Of a DNA stretch of 44,088 nucleotides, positions 1 to 11,263 are shown piece after piece. The stretch covers positions 10,617,863 through 10,661,950 of the forward strand of contig NC_069004.1 of NCBI RefSeq assembly GCF_001194135.2, written 5' to 3'. The position numbers and the translations under genes are program-made. Numbering within the stretch: position 1 is the first letter of the stretch; every line of letters starts with the position of its first letter. Origin of the DNA: Octopus bimaculoides (taxonomy: Eukaryota). Under the pieces are notes generated by a model. It was not told where the DNA came from. It was given only the letters and a program-made list of their open reading frames with translations, and did not search any database.

Positions 1-52
<52 letters not shown>
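1..52. repeat. (AG)n microsatellite
   Basis: Perfect AG run from base 1. Confidence 0.98.
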
Positions 53-55
<3 letters not shown>

Positions 56-169
56 AATAACATCAGAAGGACCAGAGTATGTTGGATAGAAGGCAAGAGT
101 ATGTGATGGGTGGAGACAAGAGTGATGGATATAGTGATATGTTTGTTGGTTTTTGTGCAAAAATCCAGA

Positions 170-565
170 GGAGTGGCTGTGTGGTAAGTAGCTTGCTTAT
201 GAACCACATGGTTCTGGGTTCATTCCCATTGCGTGGCAACTTGGGTAAGTGTCTTCTACTATAGCCTCGGGCTGACCAAAGCCTTGTGAGTGGATTTGGT
301 AGACAGAAACTGAAAGAAGCCTGTTGTGTATATGTATGTATATATATGTATATGTTTGTGTGTCTGTTTTTGTCCTCCCAACATCGCTTGACAACTGATG
401 CTGGTGTGTTTAGGTCCCCGTAACTTAGCGGTTCGGCAAAAGAGACTGATAGAATAAGTACTAGGCATCCAAAGAATAAGTCCTGCGGTCGATTTGCTCA
501 ACTAAAGGCGGTGCTCCAGCATGGCCGCAGTCAAATAACTGAAACAAGTAAAAGAGTAAAAGAGA
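170..565 (+). mobile_element. tRNA-derived SINE, family A, near full length
   Basis: Head GGAGTGGCTGTGTGGTAAG...GGTTC (Pol III A/B-box-like), CORE-like CTTGGGTAAGTGTCTT, internal (TA/TG)n, 3' end GAAACAAGTAAAAGAGTAAAAGAG. At least 7 related copies occur in this window. Resembles octopus SINEs from memory. Confidence 0.9.
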
Positions 566-764
566 GTTCTCAATACACACCTGCGCTTCTGTGTCTCTTA
601 CAATTGTTTGATGGTAAACTGGAGTATTTCTTCATACTTAAAGGTTTTGTGCATTTTGCTGATGAGTATGGTTGAACATTGACTGCATGAAACTTTTTGG
701 TTTGGGCAGATATTTGTTATTACTAATACATGATTGTTAAGTGTGTGTGGAGAAAGAGAGAGAG

Positions 765-883
765 AAATAGTTGATAGAGCGATAGTTGAAGATATAGATT
801 GATGGATAGATTAGATAGGTAGGTACATAGATAAATAGATAGCTAAGAAGAGGTACATAAATTGATGGGTTTGTGTGTGTGTT

Positions 884-927
<44 letters not shown>

Positions 928-982
928 TTAAGAGTAAAAGTTAGATGGCTAGGTAGATAGATATATGCCGAAAGCAAAATAA

Positions 983-1016
<34 letters not shown>

Positions 1017-1075
1017 GTATTTGCATATGTGCATACACACCATTACATGTGTATGTGTGTATACACACACATAAT
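765..1075. repeat. Microsatellite cluster: GATA-like, (GA)n, (CA)n, (TG)n
   Basis: Visible simple repeats. Confidence 0.9.
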
Positions 1076-1681
1076 ATGCAGGTATGCAATGCACAACCCT
1101 TTATACAGACAGATGATTAGATAGTNNNNNNNNNNNNNNNNNNNNNNNNNNNNNNNNNNNNNNNNNNNNNNNNNNNNNNNNNNNNNNNNNNNNNNNNNNN
1201 NNNNNNNNNNNNNNNNNNNNNNNNNNNNNNNNNNNNNNNNNNNNNNNNNNNNNNNNNNNNNNNNNNNNNNNNNNNNNNNNNNNNNNNNNNNNNNNNNNNN
1301 NNNNNNNNNNNNNNNNNNNNNNNNNNNNNNNNNNNNNNNNNNNNNNNNNNNNNNNNNNNNNNNNNNNNNNNNNNNNATGGCAGAAAGGATGTGTGTGGGT
1401 GTGTGTGTAAGGTGGGGGTAGGGGGGAGGAGTGGGGGAGGGTTTGCTACATGAACAAAGTTTTGAAAAAAGTATTCAAATAATATAAAGAGCATTATTTC
1501 TCTCTCTCTGGTTCTCTTTCTCTCTGTCCTCTTGTTATTTATACCATCCCATTTAATCATGTATTTATATATACAATATGTATACAGAATATACATGTGT
1601 ATATGTATGAATGTATGTATGTATATATATATATGTATGTATATATATGCAAACTTTAAGTTAGTTAAAATGTGTTTGTGA

Positions 1682-1853
1682 TATATTTCAACTTCTAAAC
1701 GCAAATTCGCTGCATTTATCACGGAGAAAGAAAAGTTCTCTTTTATGGTAAAAGATGTAAAAACACCATATCTACCTGGTGATGTTCTGTCAGATTCCTT
1801 GATGCAGTGTTTCTGGCTCTTTAGCCTTCCTCAATGGGAAATATCAAAGAGAG
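1682..1853 (+). CDS. Candidate coding exon 1 of an unidentified + strand gene; 5' boundary uncertain, in-frame ATG at 1745
   Basis: Stop-free frame after TGA 1679-1681: YISTSKRKFAAFITEKEKFSFMVKDVKTPYLPGDVLSDSLMQCFWLFSLPQWEISKR. Ends at donor GAG|GTAACT in phase 1, matching the exon at 14096. No strong acceptor found. Confidence 0.45.
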
Positions 1854-1944
1854 GTAACTCTGAGCAGATTTAAAGCCTTAGCTTTAACTAAAAAACAAGT
1901 CAGCAACATTGACTGAGCATTGTTGAACTGCTTGTGTGTACGTA

Positions 1945-1977
<33 letters not shown>

Positions 1978-2040
1978 CACACACACACACACATATATGT
2001 AGATGTGTGTGTGTGTGTGTGCATATTAAAGGTTAAAGTG

Positions 2041-2232
2041 TAAAGACTCCCTTTGGTCATGAATGACCATGGGATTCCTAAAATGTTTCCCTCCGAGGCA
2101 TAAGTCTGAGCAAGGTTGTTTATGGAAGACCAGCAGTTGCCCATTCATACAAGCCTCGCTTTTCCATGCCACCAATGTTATCCAAGGGAAAGGCAAAGGC
2201 CGATACAGCTTGGCACCAGTGATGTCACAATT
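2041..2232 (-). mobile_element. SINE family B, 5'-truncated
   Basis: Reverse complement aligns to 2428-2622 (GGTGCCAAG, GCCTTTGCCTTTCCCTTGGATAACAT, GGTCTTCCATAAACAACCTTGC, CCCATGGTCATTCATGACC). Confidence 0.88.
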
Positions 2233-2296
2233 TCATATTTAGTGGCATAATCTTTTTCTGAGTGATTTGGGCAACATACGGTCTTGTATTATTGTG

Positions 2297-2622
2297 TGAA
2301 GACACATGGTTTAATGGTTAGAGCGTCGGACTCACAATCACGAGGTAGTAAGTTCAATTCTCAGACCAGGCTGTGTTGTGTTCTTGAACAAAACTCCTTA
2401 TTTCACATTGTTCCAGTTCGCTCAGCTGTAGAAATGAGTTGCGATGCCACAGGTGCCAAGCCGTATTGGCCTTTGCCTTTCCCTTGGATAACATGCAGAG
2501 GGGAGGCTGGTATGCATGGGCGACTACTGGTCTTCCATAAACAACCTTGCCCAGACTTATGCCTCAGAGGGTAACTTTCTAAGTGCAATCCCATGGTCAT
2601 TCATGACCGAAGGGGATCTTTA
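2297..2622 (+). mobile_element. tRNA-derived SINE family B with CORE-like domain, near full length
   Basis: A-box-like TGGTTAGAGC and B-box-like GTTCAATTC, then TGTGTTCTTGAACAAAACTCCTTATTTCACATTG...CAGCTGTAGAAATGAG, which resembles CORE-SINE central domains (from memory). Confidence 0.8.
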
Positions 2623-2855
2623 TTATTGAATAAGAGAAACACCCCTTTGATTGATTTATGATGAGGGCTTTTTTCTGTAAACTTCTATGCAATACTTCCA
2701 ACTGACAACAATACTTGTCCACATAAACTATTTAATTTTGGTTTAACACTTCATTAAAGACCCCCATTTCCTCCATTTCCCACCAAACATAGAGCATAAC
2801 TTTTTATGGGTGTAGTCCAGGTTTGATGATGGATTCTTCTCTGGGTGTTAACCAT

Positions 2856-3270
2856 TACTCTTTTACTTGTTTCAGTCATTTGACTGCGGCCATGCTGGAG
2901 CACCGCCTTTAGTCGAGCAAATCGACCCCAGGACTTATTCTTTTTTGGAAGCCTAGTACTTATTCTATCGGTCTCTTTTGCCGAACCGCTAAGTTATGGG
3001 GACATAAACACACCAGCATCGGTTGTCAAGCGATGTTGGGGGGACAAACACAGACACACAAACATAGACACACACATACATATATATATATATGTACATA
3101 TATACGACAGGCTTCTTTCAATTTCTGTCTACCAAATCCACTCACAAGGCTTTGGTCGGGCCGGGGCTATAGTAGAAGACACTTGCCCAAGGTGCCACAG
3201 AGTGGGGATGAACCCGGAACCATGTGGTTGGTAAGCTAGCTACCTACCACACAGCCACTCCTGCGCCTAT
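2856..3270 (-). mobile_element. SINE family A, full length
   Basis: Reverse complement of 170-565 from tail TACTCTTTTACTTGTTTCAG to head CCACACAGCCACTCCTGCGCCTAT. Confidence 0.92.
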
Positions 3271-3509
3271 ATTGTTGATTTCATTGGGCACAATTACAGA
3301 AAACCCACTCCTGCTTGTGTTTATTTGGCAAGGAAAAAAATATAATGACCATCCTGAAATATAACAATATTTGTTTCAACACATGGTTTCACATCGGGAA
3401 TCTTGCAAAACCAATACATCAACGTGAAGATTATAATGTTTTAAACCTTTTAATACTAATCCAGCTAACACCTGTCTGTAGTTCTATGATACAAACTTCC
3501 TGTCTGAAG

Positions 3510-3799
3510 TGATTTAAATTAAAATCTTCCATGAAAATTGTGTTTATTTATGTTCCAAACACCATTTTAATAATGACAGTTATTTTACTAAATTCTTCAT
3601 TGCTTTGAAAATTAATTGAAACAAAGACAGTATATTTCAATTCAAATATGGTAAGAAGATAGTAAATAATGTCAAAGTTGTTTATTTTACTAAATTCTTC
3701 ATCATTTTCAAAATTAATTGAAATAGAGACAGTGTATTTCAACAGAAATATGGTAAGAAAATTGTTAATAATGACAAAGCTATTTTACTAAATTATTCA
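3510..3799. repeat. AT-rich ~100-bp tandem duplication (~2.3 copies), probably a decayed DNA-transposon end
   Basis: TAATAATG(A/T)C...TATTTTACTAAATTCTTCAT...AAAATTAATTGAAA...ATATGGTAAGAA recurs at ~3568, ~3664, ~3766. Transposon origin is from memory only. Confidence 0.6.
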
Positions 3800-3850
3800 T
3801 TCATCATCATCATCATCTAACATCCATTTTCCTTGCTGGCATGGGTTAGA
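3800..3850 (-). mobile_element. RTE-type retroposon 3' tail fragment, family D
   Basis: (CAT)n followed by AACATCCATTTTCCTTGCTGGCATGGGTT, matching 6311, 8061 and 17851. Confidence 0.75.
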
Positions 3851-4148
3851 TCAGGGGGTTGAGGAACCTGTTTAACAATTTACCCTAAAATATATTTATT
3901 TATGCTGATGTTACCTCCTTGATTTGAAAGGAAGAAAATCATAGATTCTTTGAATTCAAAAGGTTTATTGAATCTATTTACACTGTCCATTACATTGGAC
4001 AGATGCAGTGTTGCCAGAAGAAAAATTTCTGTTATAACAAGGAACACATTTTTTATATAATTTTACTTATGTCTAACGAGTCCTCATTGCTCTCAAGAAT
4101 TTCATTTTTATCCCACTTGGGGTAATTTACCCCAGTTCACCGACCCCT

Positions 4149-4279
4149 GGGTTAGGTGATTTTGACTGGAGCTGGTAAGCCAGATGGTTGCACCAGGCTC
4201 CAGTCTGTTTTGATTGGTTTCTACGGCTGGACGCCCTTCCTAATGTGAACCACTCTACAGAGTTTTACTGGGTGTCTTC
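4149..4279 (-). mobile_element. Family D internal fragment
   Basis: CCAGATGGTTGCACCAGGCTCC...GGTTTCTACGGCTGGACGCCCTTCCTAATG matches the GGATGCCCTTCCT region of the copy at 17851-18170. Confidence 0.7.
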
Positions 4280-5592
4280 TAGTCTCCAGCATGGGTGCTT
4301 TTTATCTGTCCATAATTTAACTTCGCTTGGCNNNNNNNNNNNNNNNNNNNNNNNNNNNNNNNNNNNNNNNNNNNNNNNNNNNNNNNNNNNNNNNNNNNNN
4401 NNNNNNNNNNNNNNNNNNNNNNNNNNNNNNNNNNNNNNNNNNNNNNNNNNNNNNNNNNNNNNNNNNNNNNNNNNNNNNNNNNNNNNNNNNNNNNNNNNNN
4501 NNNNNNNNNNNNNNNNNNNNNNNNNNNNNNNNNNNNNNNNNNNNNNNNNNNNNNNNNNNNNNNNNNNNNNNNNNNNNNNNNNNNNNNNNNNNNNNNNNNN
4601 NNNNNNNNNNNNNNNNNNNNNNNNNNNNNNNNNNNNNNNNNNNNNNNNNNNNNNNNNNNNNNNNNNNNNNNNNNNNNNNNNNNNNNNNNNNNNNNNNNNN
4701 NNNNNNNNNNNNNNNNNNNNNNNNNNNNNNNNNNNNNNNNNNNNNNNNNNNNNNNNNNNNNNNNNNNNNNNNNNNNNNNNNNNNNNNNNNNNNNNNNNNN
4801 NNNNNNNNNNNNNNNNNNNNNNNNNNNNNNNNNNNNNNNNNNNNNNNNNNNNNNNNNNNNNNNNNNNNNNNNNNNNNNNNNNNNNNNNNNNNAATAATAA
4901 TAATAATAATAATATGATGATGGGCATTTCGATGGTGATGATGGTAGTAGTAGTAATGATGATGACGATGATAATTGCCTGAACAATTTTATTTTTCTTA
5001 GAGGAATTTCTAGGTCAACTTAAATGAAGAAATTAATATATTGGCACATTTTCCTTTCTCGGTTGCCAACTCAACAGGTCAATGATGATTAATTCCTGAT
5101 TTCAGATTTCAAACAAATAAGTGAAAGAGAACCAAAAAAAAAAAACGACTTCCTCCTGCTCCCCACCCCCTAAAAAAACCCACCGACCATTTTCTACGAG
5201 AAGTTACTAATTTCCTGACTATTGTTCCAAAATTTGCTTCTTTGACTAGTTTCAAGCTAATTCTTCAGTCCTGACTTGATTGGAACTTTTCTCACTCTAC
5301 AGTACAGATTTGCTTCAGGCATCTTCTGGAATTACAGAAGACACAAAAGAGACCTGCCTAATATTTTAGTATTATTTTTGTCTAATGTTCTCTTTACCAC
5401 ATTTCCATGGGTCATATGGACTTCTTTGAAGTAGATTTTCTATGGCTAGGGACCTCCACCTCCTCCACACCATCATCAACTTGCCCCTGTTTCCAACCAA
5501 GTTTAATGTTTCTCCACGGAGTGCATATCTACCTGGAAAATTGGAAATAAATTCATAGCACCTTTTGAGAGCACTCACTGTGATGAAATACC

Positions 5593-5983
5593 GGAGTGGC
5601 TGTGTGGTAAGTAGCTTGCTTACCAACCACATAGTTCCGGGTTCAGTCTATCTCACTGCGTGACATCTTGGGCAAGTGTCTTCTACTATAGCCTCTGGCC
5701 GACCAAAGCCTTGTGAGTGGATTTGGTAGACGGAAACTGAAAGAAGCCTGTCGTATATATATATATATATGTATATGTGTTTGTGTGTCTGTGTTTGTCC
5801 CCCCAACATCACTTGACAACCGATGGTAGTGTGTTTACGTCCCTGTAACTTAGCGGTTTGGCAAAAGAGACTGATAGAATAAGTATTAGGCTTCCAAAGA
5901 ATAAGTCTTGGCGTCAATTTGCTCGACTAAAGGCGGTGCTCCAGCATGGCCACAGTCAAAAGACTGAAACAAGTAAAAGAGTA
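5593..5983 (+). mobile_element. SINE family A, near full length
   Basis: Collinear with 170-565. Confidence 0.92.
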
Positions 5984-6132
5984 GATCAACTAGAATTATA
6001 TCGTTTAAGTTCATTTGTGTTTATCTAATATGTAACACCTCACTGTTGTTTTTGCTTCCTGACTGATTAAATTTCCCCAGAAGAGAATTGTGATAGTACC
6101 ATTTACTATTGTTTCAAAGACAATCATTATAT

Positions 6133-6235
6133 ATAGGCACAGGAGTGGCTGTGTGGTAAGTAGCTTGCTTACCAACCACATGGTTCCGGGTTCCATCCCA
6201 CTGCGTGACACCTTTGGCAAGTGTCTTTTACTATA
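6133..6235 (+). mobile_element. SINE family A, head only (3'-truncated)
   Basis: ATAGGCACAGGAGTGGCTGTGTGGTAAGTAGC...GGCAAGTGTCTTTTACTATA. Confidence 0.88.
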
Positions 6236-6310
6236 AACTTATTTGTTTTCGTATTTCATGTTGTTTATGGTTTGTGACATCCTGTACCCATATATGCATA
6301 TATATATATA

Positions 6311-6400
6311 TCATCATCATCATCATCATCGTCGTCGTTTAACGTCCGCTTTCCATGCTAGCATGGGTTGGACGATTTGACTGAGGACTGGTGCAACCAG
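6311..6400 (-). mobile_element. Family D 3' end with (CAT)n tail
   Basis: (CAT)n...CGTTTAACGTCCGCTTTCCATGCTAGCATGGGTTGGACG. Confidence 0.85.
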
Positions 6401-6491
6401 ATGGCTACACCAGATGGCTACACCAGATGGCTACACCAGATGGCTACACCAGATGGCTACACCAGATGGCTACACCAGATGGCTACACCAG
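6397..6491. repeat. Perfect 13-bp tandem repeat (CCAGATGGCTACA), ~7.3 copies, running into a gap
   Basis: 95 bp = 7 x 13 + 4, no mismatches. Confidence 0.97.
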
Positions 6492-7077
6492 NNNNNNNNN
6501 NNNNNNNNNNNNNNNNNNNNNNNNNNNNNNNNNNNNNNNNNNNNNNNNNNNNNNNNNNNNNNNNNNNNNNNNNNNNNNNNNNNNNNNNNNNNNNNNNNNN
6601 NNNNNNNNNNNNNNNNNNNNNNNNNNNNNNNNNNNNNNNNNNNNNNNNNNNNNNNNNNNNNNNNNNNNNNNNNNNNNNNNNNNNNNNNNNNNNNNNNNNN
6701 NNNNNNNNNNNNNNNNNNNNNNNNNNNNNNNNNNNNNNNNNNNNNNNNNNNNNNNNNNNNNNNNNNNNNNNNNNNNNNNNNNNNNNNNNNNNNNNNNNNN
6801 NNNNNNNNNNNNNNNNNNNNNNNNNNNNNNNNNNNNNNNNNNNNNNNNNNNNNNNNNNNNNNNNNNNNNNNNNNNNNNNNNNNNNNNNNNNNNNNNNNNN
6901 NNNNNNNNNNNNNNNNNNNNNNNNNNNNNNNNNNNNNNNNNNNNNNNNNNNNNNNNNNNNNNNNNNNNNNNNNNNNNNNNNNNNNNNNNNNNNNNNNNNN
7001 NNNNNNNNNNNNNNNNNNNNNNNNNNNNNNNNNNNNNNNNNNNNNNNNNNNNNNNNNNNNNNNNNNNNNNNNNNNNN

Positions 7078-7207
7078 ATACCATGTGAACTACGATGAAA
7101 AAAATACGAGAAAGATATGCTATATAATTCTGTTTTGTGCAGGGGTTCCTTGAGACATGTAATTTATTTTAAGGGTTACGCAAGGGTAAAATGGTTGAGA
7201 AACATTG
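7078..7207. mobile_element. hAT-like non-autonomous DNA transposon end
   Basis: Ends in AAAATGGTTGAGAAACATTG, similar to the reverse complement of the hAT/Charlie-type TIR CAGTGTTTCTCAAC. The partner TIR is not visible, possibly in the gap. Confidence 0.45.
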
Positions 7208-8060
7208 CTCTAGGATATAAAAGATTCACATAATGCAAGCATATCAAATATGTATTCCCGTCATCAGCAGCCTAGTGGATGTTACTATGGTTTCGATACC
7301 TGAGCAATACTATTCAGTCCAGCATTAAAAAATAAACACAGCTTGGGATTCAGTAGGCCAGCAACAGGAGTGAAACATTAGCGTAATATGTTCATTACAC
7401 ATTTACACCTGCTTATTACTATAAATAACAACATTAAAGCTGAGCAAGTTAGTAAGAAGCCTAAAGCTATAAAGCTATAAAGCTAGAAATTAGAAAGTAG
7501 TACCTAGAAAAAGAGAAATTGCTTTCCCCAACCAAAAAATGCCATTATTCTTCAGAAGGGCCATTGTTATATTGAAAACTATAGAACAAAATAGAATCAG
7601 CAAACTAAATGTATTGAGCAAAATTTACTGAACCACCGATACATTACATGGTAAATAATAACGACTGAACGAAGAAGAAATCTAGAACTTCAAAGGTGTA
7701 AGTTAATTAACGAACATAGAGTAATACATGTGGTGCTGTTTTGTACTCTGTAACATTTTTCAAGTATTTATTTCTTTTGGTTGAGTCAGTTTCTTGCTCT
7801 GGGCTGGAGTTTTGCCTGTGTTCCACAGGGTCATCAGGCAAGTTTTGTTATTACTTACCTGGTGACCAGGTAAGTGATAACTCCAAATCAGAGTGAGAAT
7901 GACTTGACCAAAAAAGAAAAAAGAAAAAAAACTACTGTGACATTGAGTACTTTTTTCGGACAGCGAACACACACACACACACACACACACATACGTGTGT
8001 ATGTGTGTGTGTGTGTGTATGTGTGTGTGTGTGTGTATGTGTGTGCACATGTCTATATTT

Positions 8061-8113
8061 CATCATCCTTATTATCATTTAACGTCTGTTTTCCATGCTG
8101 GCATGGGTTGGAC
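8061..8113 (-). mobile_element. Family D tail fragment
   Basis: CATCAT...TTTAACGTCTGTTTTCCATGCTGGCATGGGTTGGAC. Confidence 0.8.
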
Positions 8114-8439
8114 AATGTGTGTGTGTGTATGCATGTATGTGTGCATTGTGTGTGTGTGTGTGTGTGTGTGTTTACATACATATGTCATCACTAGAATAAA
8201 ATTGCTTTTATAAAACTGAAAGAGAACAAATGTCTCTCTCTCTTCCTCCCCCTCTGCTCCCCTGCTCCCTCTCTACTTACTCTCCCTGCCCCTGCCACCA
8301 TCGCCCTCCCCTACCCCCCCCTCTACTCAACCATAAAAGCTTAATGTCTACCTATCTGGAGCTCCTCTTCTTCTCCTCTGAATGTCAGCCAACTATAAAG
8401 AAATTGTTGTTAATGAAAAATTCATCAAGTCTAGTGCTT

Positions 8440-8900
8440 TAAACAACTTCTGCTCCTTTTGCACCACCACCTCCTCCTCCAACACCACCACCACCGTCAT
8501 GACTATCATCATCTTCATCAACATCTTTAATATCATCATCATCACAATTATCACCACCACTGTCATCATCATCATTACATGCCTGACAACCACCACCACC
8601 ACCACCGCCACCGTCGCCGTCATACCATCATCTTTGTTATTGTCATTATCATTACAATCACAATCATCATTACCATCACCAGCATCATCATCATCATCAT
8701 CATCATCACAGTTATCAGCAGCAGCAGCACCACCGCCACCACCACCTTTATTACCATTGTTCATCATTACTATCACAATCGTCACCACCACTACCACCAT
8801 CACATCATTATCACCATCACCATCATCATCGTCATGATCACCACTGTCATGCCACCATCACCACCACCATCATCATCCTCACCATCTTCACTGGTCATTC
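8440..8900. repeat. Degenerate (CAT/CAC/CAG)n trinucleotide low-complexity tract
   Basis: Mixed triplet repeats; source of the poly-I/T/H/S ORFs. Confidence 0.92.
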
Positions 8901-9447
8901 TCCTGTGAATAAAATCTTTTTGCTTTCATCTTTAACCAGAGTATGTCCCTATCACATTCAATCATTAATTGATCCCAGAACCAGTTCACACCGGACCAAA
9001 CCAGTCTTTGATCGTGAAAGGTTTCATCTCTCAAACTGACATCACTTAGAATACTTTTAAAATTTTCTGCTCTACTAACTAGGTTTTTCTTTTTTTTGAT
9101 TATTATTATTTTTTTTCTTTTAGTGTGTCTGTTTTAACCCCGATACCATCTTGTTCAGTTGGTCAGTCTAGTCTCCTGGCTAATTCTTCCCTGTTGACAT
9201 TCGCCCCCCCCCCCCCCNNNNNNNNNNNNNNNNNCGAGATGGAGTTAGAACTCTTAGACTTTAATTTCTGATTCAGGATTCCAGCAGAATTTGAACCTGT
9301 ATACTGTTAAATCACTTTATGTTGCTTTCGCTTTTGTGATAGCATATCCAACTTGGGAATCATTATGCTTGATGTTGTTGTCATCATCATCACCAACATC
9401 ATTATCATCATCACCAACATAAATCACATTGAGATAGAAAGGCAGTT

Positions 9448-9480
<33 letters not shown>

Positions 9481-10244
9481 NNNNNNNNNNNNNNNNNNNN
9501 NNNNNNNNNNNNNNNNNNNNNNNNNNNNNNNNNNNNNNNNNNNNNNNNNNNNNNNNNNNNNNNNNNNNNNNNNNNNNNNNNNNNNNNNNNNNNNNNNNNN
9601 NNNNNNNNNNNNNNNNNNNNNNNNNNNNNNNNNNNNNNNNNNNNNNNNNNNNNNNNNNNNNNNNNNNNNNNNNNNNNNNNNNNNNNNNNNNNNNNNNNNN
9701 NNNNNNNNNNNNNNNNNNNNNNNNNNNNNNNNNNNNNNNNNNNNNNNNNNNNNNNNNNNNNNNNNNNNNNNNNNNNNNNNNNNNNNNNNNNNNNNNNNNN
9801 NNNNNNNNNNNNNNNNNNNNNNNNNNNNNNNNNNNNNNNNNNNNNNNNNNNNNNNNNNNNNNNNNNNNNNNNNNNNNNNNNNNNNNNNNNNNNNNNNNNN
9901 NNNNNNNNNNNNNNNNNNNNNNNNNNNNNNNNNNNNNNNNNNNNNNNNNNNNNNNNNNNNNNNNNNNNNNNNNNNNNNNNNNNNNNNNNNNNNNNNNNNN
10001 NNNNNNNNNNNNNNNNNNNNNNNNNNNNNNNNNNNNNNNNNNNNNNNNNNNNNNNNNNNNNNNNNNNNNNNNNNNNNNNNNNNNNNNNNNNNNNNNNNNN
10101 NNNNNNNNNNNNNNNNNNNNNNNNNNNNNNNNNNNNNNNNNNNNNNNNNNNNNNNNNNNNNNNNNNNNNNNNNNNNNNNNNNNNNNNNNNNNNNNNNNNN
10201 NNNNNNNNNNNNNNNNNNNNNNNNNNNNNNNNNNNNNNNNNNNN

Positions 10245-10437
10245 TGTGTTTGTCCCCCCAACATCGCTTGACAACCGATGCTAGTGTGTTTACGTCCCCG
10301 TAACTTAGCGGTTCGACAAAAGAGACCGATAGAATAAGTACTAGGCTTACAACGAATAAGTCCTGGGGTCGATTTGCTCGACTAAAGGCGGTGCTCCAGC
10401 ATGGCCACAGTCAAATGACTGAAACAAGGAAAAGAGT
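10245..10437 (+). mobile_element. SINE family A, 3' half (5' half lost in gap)
   Basis: TGTGTTTGTCCCCCCAACATCGCTTGAC...GAAACAAGGAAAAGAG. Confidence 0.9.
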
Positions 10438-10440
10438 ATA

Positions 10441-10630
10441 GGTACAAGACCCGAAATTTGGGAGAGGGGACAGTCGATTACATCGACCCAAGTGTTCAGC
10501 TGGTACTTACTTATTTTACCGACCCTGAAAGGATGAAAGGCAAAGTTGATCTTGGCGGAATTTGAACTCAGAATGTAAAGACGGATAAAATGCTGCTCAG
10601 CATTTTGCCTGGCATGTTAATGATTCTGCC
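10441..10630 (-). mobile_element. tRNA-derived SINE family C (MetaSINE-like central domain)
   Basis: Minus strand reads ...TTCTGAGTTCAAATTCCGCCAAGATCAACTTTGCCTTTCATCCTTTCAGGGTCGGTAAAATAAG..., recalling the Meta domain (from memory). Confidence 0.75.
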
Positions 10631-10689
10631 GTATTATTATTATTATTATTAATAATAATAATAATAATAATGAATAAGTTCTAACATTT

Positions 10690-10927
10690 GTACAAAACCG
10701 GAAATTTCAAAGAGGAGGAGGGGCAGATATTCAAATCAACTCTCGTACTTGACTGGGGTTTTATTTTATTGACCCCCTCCCCCTCCTTGACCTCCACCCC
10801 CTGTCCGGAAGGATGAAAAGCAGAGTTGACCTTGGTGAGATTTGAACTTGGAATGTAAAGAACCGGAAACAAATACCGCAAGGTACTTTTGTCCAGTGCT
10901 TTAGCAATTTTTGCCAGTCCGTCACCT
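10690..10927 (-). mobile_element. SINE family C, diverged copy
   Basis: GGATGAAAAGCAGAGTTGACCTTGGTGAGATTTGAACT parallels 10530-10570. Confidence 0.7.
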
Positions 10928-11263
10928 AGTAAAATAACAACCATAAATAACAAACACAAAATCAATAGCAAAAGGAATAACAAAAATACAAAAACAAACA
11001 AACAAAATAAAGCCAAACAACTTCCGGGGTCTGAACAATTGTTGATTCATCAAAAGAGCTGTGTATGTCTGTGCGTGTGTAGTGTCTAATGTGTGTATAT
11101 GTATTTGGGTGTGTGTGTGAATGTGTGTGTGTGTGTATTATGTGTGTGTATGTCGGCAGTAGCTTTGATTAACTTATTGATGTTAAATAAATGATACTTT
11201 CAATGATAAATCAATTACAGTGATCACTTTGTATCAAACAATGGTATTATTAAGTAGGACAGT

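Noticed and set aside
568-676. Short open frame SQYTPALLCLLQLFDGKLEYFFILKGFVHFADEYG*
   Set aside because: No credible acceptor (abuts a SINE tail) and no link to other exons.
3315-3512. 65-aa ORF in unique AT-rich DNA
   Set aside because: Starts at a non-ATG codon, lacks flanking splice sites and has no recognisable motif.
7852-7862. U1 snRNA gene or pseudogene
   Set aside because: The match stops after 11 nt (TACTTACCTGG); the rest of U1 is absent.
7760-8908. Cys/Val, His/Thr, poly-Ile and poly-Asp ORFs
   Set aside because: Translations of (TG)n and (CAT/CAC)n microsatellites.
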